Source: Longimicrobiales bacterium (lineage in GTDB: Bacteria > Gemmatimonadota > Gemmatimonadetes > Longimicrobiales > Gaopeijiaceae). From it: DNA of 64,000 nt. Location: contig CAXXKM010000003.1 of assembly GCA_963664435.2 (NCBI GenBank), forward strand, positions 992,001 through 1,056,000, written 5' to 3'. The notes under the pieces were generated by a model. That model did not search any database, was not told the DNA's origin, and worked only from the letters and a program-made list of their open reading frames with translations. Position numbers and translations under genes: made by a program. Shown here piece by piece: positions 19,421 through 29,461 of the stretch; positions within the stretch are counted from its first letter, which is position 1; each line of letters begins with the position of its first letter.

Positions 19421-19594
19421 GGGCGGTCTCCCGGGTTGGTTGCGCTGGGCGGGCAACCTACAATAGGGGCCTGCGAGCGGCCCGGCATCCGGCGGGGCGC
19501 GAGGGAGACCGCTCTTCCCCGTACCGCCCCCGGCATTCACGGACCACCCTGCCCATTCGCGCGACCCCGAACCACCGCCACCCGGGAGAGATCG

Positions 19595-20416
19595 ATGAGC
19601 GAGCGCACCTCCGACGCGAACCGGGGGAGCGATTCCGCACCCCCCGAGGTCGCGCTTTCCATCCACATCGAGGCCAGCCCCGACACCGTCTGGAGCATCC
19701 TCACCGAGCCGGAGCGCTTCTCGGCCTGGATGGGCGGTCAGGTCTCCTTCGAGACCCGGGTCGGGAGCCCTTACCAGGCCCTGTTCCCGCAATACCGGAT
19801 GGTGCTCGCCGGCGAAGTGCTCGACTTCGATGACCTGCAACGCCGATTCGTGCTCTCCTGGGGCATCGAGTCGGGCCCGCAGGCGGACACAATGCCCGCC
19901 GCCTCGTCGCGGGTGGAGTTCCGGGTGACCGACGGCAAGGGCGGCGCGCACGTCGACGTGCGCCACAGTGGATTCCTCGCCGCCCGAACGGCGCGCGAGC
20001 ACGAGGACGGCTGGCGCTTCCACCTGGGCCGCCTGGCCCTGTCCGCCAACAGAACGGATCTGGCGGCGGGGCTGGCGCGCGCGCTGCCCGCCTGGTGGTC
20101 CGCCTGGAACGAGCCGGACGAAGCGGCCCGCCTCAAGTCGCTGCGCGCCTGCTGCGCGCCCGATCTCGAGTTCCGCGACGACTGGGCGGTGTTGCGCGGC
20201 ATCGAGCGCCTCAGCCTGCACATCGCCAACTGTCACAGCTTCATGCCCGGCTGGCGCATCGAGCCCACCGGCGATGTTCGCGTGTGCCGGGGCGAGGCGC
20301 TGGTGGGATGGCGCTCCTCGGCTCGGGGACAGGGCGCCCAGGAAGGCTTCAACCACGTGCGCGCCGACTACGACGGCACTCTGCGGCGGGTCGCCGGATT
20401 CCAGACCGCGGGTTGA
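19595..20416 (+). CDS. SRPBCC (AHSA1-like) domain fused to a SnoaL/NTF2-like domain
   Basis: IEASPDTVWSILTEPERFSAW...HEDGWRFHL, then AWNEPDEAARLKSLRACCAPDLEFRD. Confidence 0.78.
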   Translation: MSERTSDANRGSDSAPPEVALSIHIEASPDTVWSILTEPERFSAWMGGQVSFETRVGSPYQALFPQYRMVLAGEVLDFDDLQRRFVLSWGIESGPQADTMPAASSRVEFRVTDGKGGAHVDVRHSGFLAARTAREHEDGWRFHLGRLALSANRTDLAAGLARALPAWWSAWNEPDEAARLKSLRACCAPDLEFRDDWAVLRGIERLSLHIANCHSFMPGWRIEPTGDVRVCRGEALVGWRSSARGQGAQEGFNHVRADYDGTLRRVAGFQTAG

Positions 20417-20550
20417 GCGCCAGTGGGGAGCCCGCCTCGTGTGCGCGTCCCCTGCGCACATCCTAGAATGAGGATCGGCACGCGGCGCCACGGCAGTTGA
20501 CCGTCCCGGTACCGTGGCACGGCCGCAGAGGGGCTCGCACGGAGGCGGAT

Positions 20551-21372
20551 ATGCGGCAAGGATCGATCTGCAGGACACGTAGCATTTTCGCCGCACTTGT
20601 CGCGGCCGCCGGTCTCGCGGCGGCACCGCTGGCGGCCCAGGAGGCGCTCGCCTTCTCCGACGGGGAACTCGAGCGCGGGCAACGGCTCTACCAGGCCCAC
20701 TGCGGGCGCTGCCACGGCGTCCTCGGGATGGGCGGCGAGGGACCGGGGCTGGCGGTCAGCCGCCTGCCGCGCGCGCCGGACCACGCAGCCGTCATCGACG
20801 TCATCCGCAATGGAATCCCCGGCACCGGCATGCCGGGCCTGCGCGCCACCGTGCTCCCCGACGAGGAAGCCGCCCTGGTCGCCGCGCACGTCATCTCGCT
20901 ACGCGAGGCGCAGCTCGTCGAGATCCCCGGCGACCCCGAGCGCGGCCGCCGGATCTTCGAGACCACGGGCGTGTGCTACTCGTGCCACATCGTCGAGGGG
21001 CGGGGGGTCGGGATCGGTCCCGAACTGACCGGCATCGGCATGCGCCGGGGTCCCGGGTACCTGCGCGCCTCCCTGGTCGATCCCTCGGCGGAGCTTCCGG
21101 TCTTCCGCTCGGGGGCGCGCAGCGGGTTCGCCCGGTACCTGCCCCTGCGCGCCGTTACCCGCGACGGCACGGTGTACGAGGGCATGCGCGCCAACGAAGA
21201 CGCGTTCACGGTGCAACTCATCACCGGAACGGGTTCGATCGTGTCGCTGCGCAAGGCCGACCTGGCCGAGCTCGAGAAGCGTTTCGGGCACTCACTCATG
21301 CCGGCAACGGCAGGTCTTTCCAGCGAAGACGTCGACAATCTCATCGCATACCTGGCCAGCCTCGGAGGATGA
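20551..21372 (+). CDS. Dihaem c-type cytochrome
   Basis: Signal peptide; CGRCH and CYSCH; GPELTGIG...SLMP tail; GGAGG before ATG 20551. Confidence 0.88.
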   Translation: MRQGSICRTRSIFAALVAAAGLAAAPLAAQEALAFSDGELERGQRLYQAHCGRCHGVLGMGGEGPGLAVSRLPRAPDHAAVIDVIRNGIPGTGMPGLRATVLPDEEAALVAAHVISLREAQLVEIPGDPERGRRIFETTGVCYSCHIVEGRGVGIGPELTGIGMRRGPGYLRASLVDPSAELPVFRSGARSGFARYLPLRAVTRDGTVYEGMRANEDAFTVQLITGTGSIVSLRKADLAELEKRFGHSLMPATAGLSSEDVDNLIAYLASLGG

Positions 21373-23090
21373 GCATGATCCGGTTCGCAGCTATTCGGCC
21401 CGCAAGGCGCCTTGCCGGCCCTGCACTTCTCCGCTCTCGGTGCTCACGCGGATTCATCCACGGACTGCTGGTGTGCGCGATCCTCGTCCCGGGATGCCGG
21501 GCGGACCCGGAAGGCAGCGCCACGGAAGACCCTGCGGCGGACGGCACTCCCGGTCAGACCCACGTTCCCTTCGAGCGCCTCGTCAACGCCGACGCCGAGC
21601 CCCACAACTGGCTGACCTACTCGGGCAACTACGCATCCCACCGCTTTTCGCAACTCGATCAGATCGACCGCTCCAACGTCGGCGACCTCAAGGTGTTGTG
21701 GGCCTATCAGATGGACGACGGAATCATCGAGACGACGCCCCTCGCGGTGGACGGCATCCTGTACGTGACCGAGCCGCCGAGCACGGTGAGTGCCCTGGAT
21801 GCGCGTTCCGGACGCCGTCTCTGGACCTGGTCCCCGGAGATGGGGCCGGACGTGCTGAACATCGGCTTCCCGCGCGTGAACCGGGGGGTCGCGGTGCTTG
21901 ACTCGACGGTGTTCGTAGGAACGCTGAACGCACACCTGGTTGCCCTCGACGCCCGCTCGGGCGCCGTGCGCTGGGACGTCGAAGTCGGCGACAACGCCAT
22001 CGGCTTCTCGCTCACCCTGGCGCCGCTGGTGGTGAAGGACAAGGTAATCGTGGGCGTGTCCGGGGCGGAGGCCGGCGTGCGCGGCTACCTCGACGCCTAC
22101 GACGCCGAAACCGGCGAGCTGGCGTGGCGCACCTACACCATCCCCGCGCCCGGCGAGCCCGGGAGCGAGACCTGGGGCGGCAACAGCTGGGAGACCGGGG
22201 GCGGATCCACCTGGCTCACCGGCTCCTACGATCCCGAACTCGACCTGCTCTACTGGCCCATCGGCAACCCGGCGCCGGATTGGAACGGCGACGTCCGCCC
22301 CGGCGACAACCTCTACACGGACTGCCTGCTCGCCCTCGATCCCGACACCGGGGAGATGATCTGGTATTTCCAGTTCACCCCTCACGACACGCACGACTGG
22401 GACGCCAACCAGATCCAGGTGCTTCTGGACGCCGAATGGGAGGGCGAGCCGCGCAAGCTGGTGGTGACCGCCAACCGGAACGCCTTCTACTACGTCCTCG
22501 ACCGCGAGACGGGGGAGTTCCTCCACGCCAGGGAGTACTCGAAGCAGACCTGGGCGGAGGGCATCGACGAGAACGGGCGCCCGATCGTGATTCCGGGAAC
22601 CGACCCCACCGAGGAGGGTGTGCTCGTCTGGCCCAGCCTGCAGGGTTCGGCCAACTGGTTCAGCCCCAGCTACAGCCCCCGGACCGGGCTCTTCTACCAG
22701 CCCACCCGCATCATGGGAGCGGTCTACTTCAAGGCGGACGTAGAGTACGTGCCCGGACAGCCCTACACGGGCGGGGGCGAGCAGGCGCTGCGGGGCGAGG
22801 AGGCCAGCGGAGCCATCAAGGCGCTCGACGCCCTCACCGGCGAGCTCGTGTGGGAGTTCCCGCTGCTCTCCCCCCCGTGGTCAGGCGCGATGGCGACCGC
22901 AGGCGACCTCGTCTTCGGCGGGGACAACGAAGGCAACATCTTCGCCCTGGCCGCGGAAACCGGCGAGCCCCTGTGGAACTTCCAGTCGGGCGGGGCCGTG
23001 CGCAGCGGCCCGATGTCCTACGAGGTCGATGGCCGGCAGCGCATCGTGAGCTCGGCCGGCGGCACGCTCTTCGTGTTCGGGCTGGACTAG
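21369..23090 (+). CDS. PQQ-dependent dehydrogenase (alcohol dehydrogenase family, no vicinal Cys pair)
   Basis: PQQ propeller with SGAEAGVRG, GNPAPDW and PHDTHDWDANQ; ATGA overlap with the cytochrome gene. Confidence 0.9.
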   Translation: MSMIRFAAIRPARRLAGPALLRSRCSRGFIHGLLVCAILVPGCRADPEGSATEDPAADGTPGQTHVPFERLVNADAEPHNWLTYSGNYASHRFSQLDQIDRSNVGDLKVLWAYQMDDGIIETTPLAVDGILYVTEPPSTVSALDARSGRRLWTWSPEMGPDVLNIGFPRVNRGVAVLDSTVFVGTLNAHLVALDARSGAVRWDVEVGDNAIGFSLTLAPLVVKDKVIVGVSGAEAGVRGYLDAYDAETGELAWRTYTIPAPGEPGSETWGGNSWETGGGSTWLTGSYDPELDLLYWPIGNPAPDWNGDVRPGDNLYTDCLLALDPDTGEMIWYFQFTPHDTHDWDANQIQVLLDAEWEGEPRKLVVTANRNAFYYVLDRETGEFLHAREYSKQTWAEGIDENGRPIVIPGTDPTEEGVLVWPSLQGSANWFSPSYSPRTGLFYQPTRIMGAVYFKADVEYVPGQPYTGGGEQALRGEEASGAIKALDALTGELVWEFPLLSPPWSGAMATAGDLVFGGDNEGNIFALAAETGEPLWNFQSGGAVRSGPMSYEVDGRQRIVSSAGGTLFVFGLD

Positions 23091-23124
23091 CCGCACGCGC
23101 CCCCTCCAGGCGGCGTGATTCGCG

Positions 23125-24228
23125 TTAGCAGGCTCCTCCGGCCCGCAGGGGGCGCGAGGGCACGTAGCGCACCAGGCGCATGCGGTTGACCTCGCCCGCG
23201 TAGATGTTGCCGTCGAAATCGACGCCCAGGAACTCGATCCCCGGCCCCACGTTCACGTCGTGCTGGGGCACGAAGCAGGTCACCCAGGCCTGCTCGGTCC
23301 TCAGGTCGCCGATGCGGATGCCCTTCTCCCAGCCGAAGTTGCTGCGCCAGGGGTCCGGGGGTCCGGTGCGCAGGTCGCCCGACAGCCCGTCGCCGGCATA
23401 CAGGATGTCGTTCCCGTCGATGAAGAGGCCGCTGGGCTTGCCGTAGTGGGTCCAGATGTACAGCAGATTCCCGTCGTCGTCGAAGACCTGGATGCGGCTG
23501 TTGCCGCGGTCGGCGACGTAGACGCGCCCGCGTGAGTCGATCTTGATGTCGTGCGGGTCGCTGAAGCCGCCCGGCTCGCGGCTCTCCGACCCGACGCCGC
23601 CCCCGACGGCCAGCACGAAGCTCCCCTCCCCCGTTAGTTTCACGATGCGGTTGTTGCCGCCCCGGTGCCCATCCGCTACCCAGATGTCCCCGCCGGGCGA
23701 GATCGCCACCCCCGACGGCCCGTTGAAGTGCGTCTCGTCCTCCCCGTGCACTCCCGCCTCCCCGATTCGCATCACCACCTCGCCCTGCCGGGTGAGCCTG
23801 AAGACCTGGTGGCCCATCCCCATGCTCTCGCCCAGTGCGGCGCGCGCATCCCCGTGCGCCCCTCCTTCGCTCACCCACAGGAATCCCTCGTGGTCGAGCG
23901 CGAAGCCGTGCGGGAAGGCGAACAGTCCCGCCCCGAAGCTCTCCACCAGGTTGCCCTCCAGATCGAATTTCAGGATCGGGTCGATGTCGGTGCCGGCGCA
24001 CTGGTTGGCGCCGCAGCGGTCGAGGATCCACAGGTGCTCGCCATCCGGATCCGGGATGACGCCGCTCACGATCCCGAGCGTGCGCCCCTCCGGAAGCTGT
24101 TCCCAGCCCAGCGTGGCCCGGTACGGGTTCGGGGCGCTGGTCTGGGCGACGAGGGCGTCACCGACCCAGCTCGCGGACGCGACAAGAATCAGGGAAGGAA
24201 TCCAGCCCGTTCGCTGTGCTTTACCCAT
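23125..24228 (-). CDS. NHL-repeat exported protein
   Basis: FAFPHGFALD, HFNGPSGVA, FSDPHDIKIDSRGRVYVADRGNSRIQVFD; signal peptide from ATG 24228. Confidence 0.85.
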   Translation of the reverse strand: MGKAQRTGWIPSLILVASASWVGDALVAQTSAPNPYRATLGWEQLPEGRTLGIVSGVIPDPDGEHLWILDRCGANQCAGTDIDPILKFDLEGNLVESFGAGLFAFPHGFALDHEGFLWVSEGGAHGDARAALGESMGMGHQVFRLTRQGEVVMRIGEAGVHGEDETHFNGPSGVAISPGGDIWVADGHRGGNNRIVKLTGEGSFVLAVGGGVGSESREPGGFSDPHDIKIDSRGRVYVADRGNSRIQVFDDDGNLLYIWTHYGKPSGLFIDGNDILYAGDGLSGDLRTGPPDPWRSNFGWEKGIRIGDLRTEQAWVTCFVPQHDVNVGPGIEFLGVDFDGNIYAGEVNRMRLVRYVPSRPLRAGGAC

Positions 24229-24405
24229 TTGGCGTTCCTCCGGTTTGCGTGGCCCTGGGGCGTGATCCTCGGCCGCGTGGTCCTCGGCGGCGATCCGGGG
24301 CAATGTACGCAGCCGGGCGAAAATGCGCCGGAACAGGGAAACCATTATCCCCGCGGGATCGTATCAGACAAGGTTGTCCCGCACCCGATCCCCTCCAGGA
24401 CAGCG

Positions 24406-25764
24406 ATGCCTCCGCAAGCGACCGGCTGGACGCTCCTCCGCTGGACCCTCGTTCTCTCCACGTTCGTTGCGGCGCCCGCGTCCGCCCAGGGCACGGACCG
24501 CATCTGGGGCCGCGTGCACACCACCGAAGGCGAGGTGCATAGCGGGTTCATTCGCTGGGACGAGACCGCAGCCAGCTGGGCCGACATCCTCGAGGCGCGC
24601 AAGGAGCTTCCCGAGGAAAACTATTTCGCGTGGCTGGAGGCCCATGACCGGGAGCGAGCGACGCGAACCATCGAGCTCCGCGGCTATCGCATCACCTGGG
24701 ACGAGGTCGATCCCGACTTTCCAATGGAAGTCCTCTCCGGAGTGCGTTTCGGCCACCTGGATTCGCTGGTCGTGCTCGACGGTGACCATGCGGAAGTGAC
24801 GCTGCGCTCCGGCAGGCGCCTCCGGCTCGAGCCCCGTGGAGGCAGCCGCGGGAGCTCTTCGCCCGATGTTCACGTCGAGGTGCCGCGCGAGATCGAGGTG
24901 GAGGTCGAGTGGGACGAACTGGAACGGGTGGTGTTCTCCACGCCTCCGCCGACCGCATACCCCGCCGCGCGCCGGCTTCACGGGACTGCCGAGGACGGGA
25001 ACGGCAACCGGGTCGCCGGCTACCTCGCCTGGGATCTGGACGAGATTCTCGAGTCCGACGTGCTCAACGGCCGCGAGACGCGCCGCCCCAACGAACGGAG
25101 GATCCGCTTCGAGGAAATCCGCTCGCTTGCGCGCACCGGCCGCGGCACCAGAGTAGAGCTGAGCGCCGGCGGCACGCTGGAGCTCGACGGCGCCAACGAC
25201 GTCGACAGGGGCAATCGCGGACTGCGGATCGCGGATCCCCGGCTGGGCGTGGTGGTGATGCCGTGGGAGCACCTGAAGGCAGTGCGCTTCCACGAGGCCG
25301 GAGACACGGTTGGCGGGGGCGGCGGGACGAACGGCGGGATCCGCGGGACTTTCGGAGAGCGCAGCGGCTTCGACGGTGGACGCCTGCTCGCCGGCACGGT
25401 GGTCACCCATGAGGGCGAGGAACTTCAGGGCCGCCTTCGCTGGGACGCGGACGAGGCGGGCAGCTGGGACATCCTCAACGGAGAGGCCGAAGGGATCGAG
25501 TATGAGATTGAATTCAGCTTCGTCCGGCGGATCGAGCCGGGCGACGAAGACGGAGCCACAGTGACGCTCGCCGACGGGCGCAGGCTGGAGCTCGCCGGTC
25601 CCCGGGATGTGAGCTCGGACAACAAGGGCGTGATGGTGGCGACCGGGGAGAACTCAGGGGCTCCCGGCGGTAGCCCAATCTGGCGCCTGATCCCGTGGGA
25701 CGACATCCGCGAAGTGCGCTTCGACCCCGGCTCGGCGGCACCCGACAGTTCGGAGGGCTCATGA
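24406..25764 (+). CDS. Exported protein of three internal repeats, function unknown
   Basis: Signal peptide (PASA-QG); three copies of G-x(5)-[EN]G-x(4)-G-x(3)-WD-x(7,8)-D[IV]L. Confidence 0.8.
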   Translation: MPPQATGWTLLRWTLVLSTFVAAPASAQGTDRIWGRVHTTEGEVHSGFIRWDETAASWADILEARKELPEENYFAWLEAHDRERATRTIELRGYRITWDEVDPDFPMEVLSGVRFGHLDSLVVLDGDHAEVTLRSGRRLRLEPRGGSRGSSSPDVHVEVPREIEVEVEWDELERVVFSTPPPTAYPAARRLHGTAEDGNGNRVAGYLAWDLDEILESDVLNGRETRRPNERRIRFEEIRSLARTGRGTRVELSAGGTLELDGANDVDRGNRGLRIADPRLGVVVMPWEHLKAVRFHEAGDTVGGGGGTNGGIRGTFGERSGFDGGRLLAGTVVTHEGEELQGRLRWDADEAGSWDILNGEAEGIEYEIEFSFVRRIEPGDEDGATVTLADGRRLELAGPRDVSSDNKGVMVATGENSGAPGGSPIWRLIPWDDIREVRFDPGSAAPDSSEGS

Positions 25765-28193
25765 CGGGGGCGGGGTGGGCCGGCGGCCGGCGGCTGGGCC
25801 GATGCCGCGGGCTTCTTCCAATCGGGATCGTCTGCCTCGGCGTCCTCTCCACACCCCCGCATCCGGTTCGGGCGCAAGAGGCACCTGACGGTGCGCCGCT
25901 CGCCGAAGACGCCTTCGCCGACCCGGACGCGCGAACTCTCTTTCTGGCCGCGCAGGCGAACTGGAGATCCGTAGAGCAGTCGGTTCTGCGCTACCAGGCG
26001 GTCATCCGGCAGCGGATCGCGGCCACCATTCGGGCTCCGCTCAAGGACAGGGTGATCTACCGGGACGAGACCGCGGTACGCGCGTTCTGGGATCATGAAT
26101 ACGACGCGGTGGTGCAGGTTCTGGGCGCGAAGTCGCAGTACCCCGGCTGGTCGACGGCGCGTAGCGAGGGCGACATGGACTGGCTCGACGACCTGGCCTT
26201 CGACGAGCCCTTCGACCCGGGCGGTGACCGACTGTTCTTCGGTGCCACCGAGGCCGAGTTCGAACCCGGCAGCGCCATCGAGCACCCCCTGGCCACGGGC
26301 GCCGACCGCCGCTATCGGTATGCGAGCGGCGACACGCTGACCCTTTCCTTCGCCGACGGACGGCGTCTGCGTACGGTGCAACTGGACGTGATCCCCCGCG
26401 AGGCGGACATCCATCTCATCGTGGGCACGCTCTGGATCGAGCCTGAATCCGGCGCGCTGGTGCGCGCGGTCTACAGGCTGAGCCGCCAGTTCGATTTCCT
26501 GCGCGATCTGCAGGAACTCCAGGAGGAGCAGGAAGCCGGCGCGTTCCGGTTCGTGCCCGGCGTCTTCAAGCCCTGGACCTTCGATCTCTCCATGATCGCG
26601 GTCGATTACAGCCTGTGGGATTTCGAGGTCTGGCTTCCGCACTACATGCGCTTCGAGGGTCAGATCAGCGCCGGCATCGTCAAGTTTCCGTTGGAGATGG
26701 ATGTCTCGTACCAGATGGAGTCGGTGACCACGCGCGCCGACATCGAGCGGGCCGAGGCCGAGGCCGCGGCGCGGGACGCCGAGCGACCCGAACCGGTCGC
26801 GGCCCCGGAACTCACCGAACGGCACTTCGAGACGCGGGCTGAGGCGATGGCCTTCTTGGCGCGACTGCTCTCCGAGGAGGGGGGCGTGGAGTACGAGAGC
26901 GCCGAGGAGAGCGACTTCGCCGCGGAGCGGGACGCGTTCATCATCGCGCCCAGGGAGCGGAGCCTGGTGTTGACCAGCCCGGAACTCCCACCTCCGATCT
27001 GGGACGAGGCGGTGGGCTTTCCATCCGGTGAACAGGTCGGCGATTACTTCGCAAGCCTGGCCGACCTGGCCGCCCCGGATGTGCCCGGGATCCCCTGGGC
27101 GCTGGACTGGGGATGGGGCCGGCCGGGGCTGATCCGCTACAACCGGGTCGAGGGACCCGCCGCCGGGCTCGACTTCAGAAGCGACCTCGCCGGAACGTAC
27201 AGGCTGAACACGAGCGCATTCCTGGGGATCTCGGATCTCGAACCCAAGGCGCGCGTCGAGATCGAACGGGAGACGCTGCGCCGGCGCCTGACGCTCGGGG
27301 TCTACCGCGAGCTCGTCTCCACCAGCCCGCGCGCCGGGCATCTCGGGTTCGGCAATTCGCTGAACGCCGTCTTTCTGGGACGGGACGAGGGAGAGTACTT
27401 CCAGGCCGCGGGCGCCGACCTCACCTGGCGTCCCCCGGCCGTCGCGCGTCAGTGGTTCGAGGCCCGGGCATACGTGGAACGCCAGGAGGCCGCGCGGGCC
27501 CAGGCAGGGTTCGCCCTCTTCCACGTGCTCGACGACAGCTGGGACTTTCGGCCCAACGTGGCCGCCGACCCGGTCGACGAGCTGGGAACGGAGATGCGGC
27601 TGTCGCCGTGGTGGGGGGAAGATCCGCATCTCACCCAGGTCGGGGTCGAACTCTACGGCCAGGCCGCCCGGCGATGGCCTGCTTCCGGGGGCGACGCCGC
27701 CAGCTACGGCCGGGCCAGCGCCGTGCTGCGGGTGGCCGCGCCGCTGTCGGCCCGGAGGTGGCGACTGGGATTCGAGCTCGCCGGCGGGACTACCTTCGGC
27801 GACGCCACCGTGCAGCGGGCCTGGTTCCTGGGGGGCACCCGGTCGCTGCGCGGACACCCGCCGTCGGCGGTCTGGGGACCGTCTTTCGGCCGTGGCCGGG
27901 TGGAGGTCGCGCGCACCCACGACATCGGCACCCTGAGCGTCTTCACCGATGCCGGATGGGCCAGTTACGCGGGTAGCCACCACCGCGAGGACGACGGCCT
28001 CGGCGGGTTCGACCGGGCCGGTCCCGGTTCGGTGGGCACACCAACCCCGGCAACCGACCACGACGGTCTTCTCTTCGGCGTCGGTGTCGGTGCGAGCCTG
28101 TTCGACGGCCTCATGCGCACCGACATCTCCTACGGGCTCAACGGGCCCTCACGCGAGTTCTGGATCGCCTTCTACCTGGACTCGCTGCTCTGA
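25761..28193 (+). CDS. Large putative outer membrane protein (DUF5686-like)
   Basis: Signal peptide; GTLWIEPESG and IRYNRVEG; amphipathic beta-strand C-terminal half; ATGA overlap with the upstream gene. Confidence 0.7.
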   Translation: MTGAGWAGGRRLGRCRGLLPIGIVCLGVLSTPPHPVRAQEAPDGAPLAEDAFADPDARTLFLAAQANWRSVEQSVLRYQAVIRQRIAATIRAPLKDRVIYRDETAVRAFWDHEYDAVVQVLGAKSQYPGWSTARSEGDMDWLDDLAFDEPFDPGGDRLFFGATEAEFEPGSAIEHPLATGADRRYRYASGDTLTLSFADGRRLRTVQLDVIPREADIHLIVGTLWIEPESGALVRAVYRLSRQFDFLRDLQELQEEQEAGAFRFVPGVFKPWTFDLSMIAVDYSLWDFEVWLPHYMRFEGQISAGIVKFPLEMDVSYQMESVTTRADIERAEAEAAARDAERPEPVAAPELTERHFETRAEAMAFLARLLSEEGGVEYESAEESDFAAERDAFIIAPRERSLVLTSPELPPPIWDEAVGFPSGEQVGDYFASLADLAAPDVPGIPWALDWGWGRPGLIRYNRVEGPAAGLDFRSDLAGTYRLNTSAFLGISDLEPKARVEIERETLRRRLTLGVYRELVSTSPRAGHLGFGNSLNAVFLGRDEGEYFQAAGADLTWRPPAVARQWFEARAYVERQEAARAQAGFALFHVLDDSWDFRPNVAADPVDELGTEMRLSPWWGEDPHLTQVGVELYGQAARRWPASGGDAASYGRASAVLRVAAPLSARRWRLGFELAGGTTFGDATVQRAWFLGGTRSLRGHPPSAVWGPSFGRGRVEVARTHDIGTLSVFTDAGWASYAGSHHREDDGLGGFDRAGPGSVGTPTPATDHDGLLFGVGVGASLFDGLMRTDISYGLNGPSREFWIAFYLDSLL

Positions 28194-28216
28194 TTCCCCG
28201 ACGAGGGAAAGCCCGC

Positions 28217-28252
28217 CCGGCATTCAACGCGGATCCAATCCGCGGATGCCGG
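28217..28252. terminator. GC-rich stem-loop between convergent genes
   Basis: CCGGCAT-tcaa-CGCGGAT-cca-ATCCGCG-g-ATGCCGG; no clear U-tract. Confidence 0.45.
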
Positions 28253-28285
28253 AGTTAGCTAAACTAGTTTGACTAACTTAGTTTA
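28253..28285. repeat. AT-rich near-palindromic motif with stops in all six frames (copy 1)
   Basis: AGTTAGCTAAACTAGTTTGACTAACTTAGTTTA; 28253-28268 is the exact reverse complement of 43896-43911. Confidence 0.8.
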
Positions 28286-29290
28286 TCCACTCACGTAGCG
28301 GCAGCGGCCCTGGCGGCAGCGAATCCCGGTCAGCTCCTGGCTCACCCGCTTCAGCCGCGCCCGCGCGCCGGCGTCGTAAGCCTGGTCGTTGGCCCTGGTG
28401 GGACGGAGCCCGCTGAAGTACTGCCCGCTCTCGTAGTCGTCGGAATCCACGAGCTGCATTACGGCGTCCGCGCCCTCGTCGATGGTCGAGCGCGGCTCCA
28501 CGCCCGCCCGGCGCACCATGCCGGTGGGCATGTAGGTCGCCGGATGCAACGAGCCGACCACGATGCCGGTCCCTTCCAGTTCCTCGGCCAGATCGTGGGT
28601 AAACATCACCTGGGCCAGCTTGCTCTGGGCGTAGGCGCGCCGTCCGCTGAAGTCGTTCTCGATCATGACGTCGGTGAAGTCGATCGGCGTCTGCGCCCCC
28701 GATGAGACGTTCACGATGCGCGCCGGCGCGCTGTCCAGCAGCCGCGGCATCAGCATGTGCGTGAGCAGGAAGGTGGAGAGGTAATTGACCTGGAACCGAT
28801 ACTCGTGGCCATCCTCCGTCAGCAGCCTCTCGTCCGGCGCCGACCCGAAACCGGCGTTGTTGATGAGGAGGTCCAGGCGGCCGTAGTCGGCGAGCAGGGT
28901 CTCCGCGAACCGCCGCACGTCCGCGAGCGAGGCCAGGTCGGCGCGGTAGAAGCGGGCATTGCCCGGCCCCTCCGCGTTGATGGCGTCCACCACCTCCGCG
29001 CCGCGTTCCTCGTTGCGCCCGTGCACGATCACGTGATTGCCCCGGGCGCCGAGCCGCAGGGCGAGTTCCCTTCCCAGCCCCGAAGTAGATCCGGTCACCA
29101 GCGCCACCTGCTGATCGGGAGCGGGGACGGCGGGCGCCTGGGCGAAGGCGTGGCTCGGAAACCCGGCCCAGACGGCAACCAGCAAAGGAGCCGCGAACAA
29201 GGTGCAACCGCGCCACGAGGCAGCCTTCACCGGCCTACTCGCAACGTGAGCAGATCGCCAATGTGCCGCCTGCCGCCTGATCCTGATCAT
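28283..29290 (-). CDS. Short-chain dehydrogenase/reductase with N-terminal export signal
   Basis: TGSTSGLG, NNAG, NVSS and catalytic YAQSK; start uncertain. Confidence 0.9.
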   Translation of the reverse strand: MIRIRRQAAHWRSAHVASRPVKAASWRGCTLFAAPLLVAVWAGFPSHAFAQAPAVPAPDQQVALVTGSTSGLGRELALRLGARGNHVIVHGRNEERGAEVVDAINAEGPGNARFYRADLASLADVRRFAETLLADYGRLDLLINNAGFGSAPDERLLTEDGHEYRFQVNYLSTFLLTHMLMPRLLDSAPARIVNVSSGAQTPIDFTDVMIENDFSGRRAYAQSKLAQVMFTHDLAEELEGTGIVVGSLHPATYMPTGMVRRAGVEPRSTIDEGADAVMQLVDSDDYESGQYFSGLRPTRANDQAYDAGARARLKRVSQELTGIRCRQGRCRYVSG

Positions 29291-29461
29291 GACATGCTCT
29301 CCTTCCCAGGGCCGCGTCCTCGACTTGGCAGCAAGTTAGACGCGGTCATCCCGGGGCGACAGAGGCTCACGTTGGAGCCAACCCGTCCCAGGGCGCGAAA
29401 CCGTCCGCAACCCGGGCTCGTACGGGCCGCCGTTCTTCAACTGACAACGGGAGGGGTGGGG

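Noticed and set aside
20413..20500. TTG/ATG mini-ORF chain between the SRPBCC and cytochrome genes
   Set aside because: It relies on TTG starts; TAGAAT at 20464 and GGAGG before ATG 20551 favour an independent promoter and start.
28253..28285. dif, Ter, parS or attC identity for the AT-rich motif
   Set aside because: It does not fit those consensus sequences, and no integrase is nearby.
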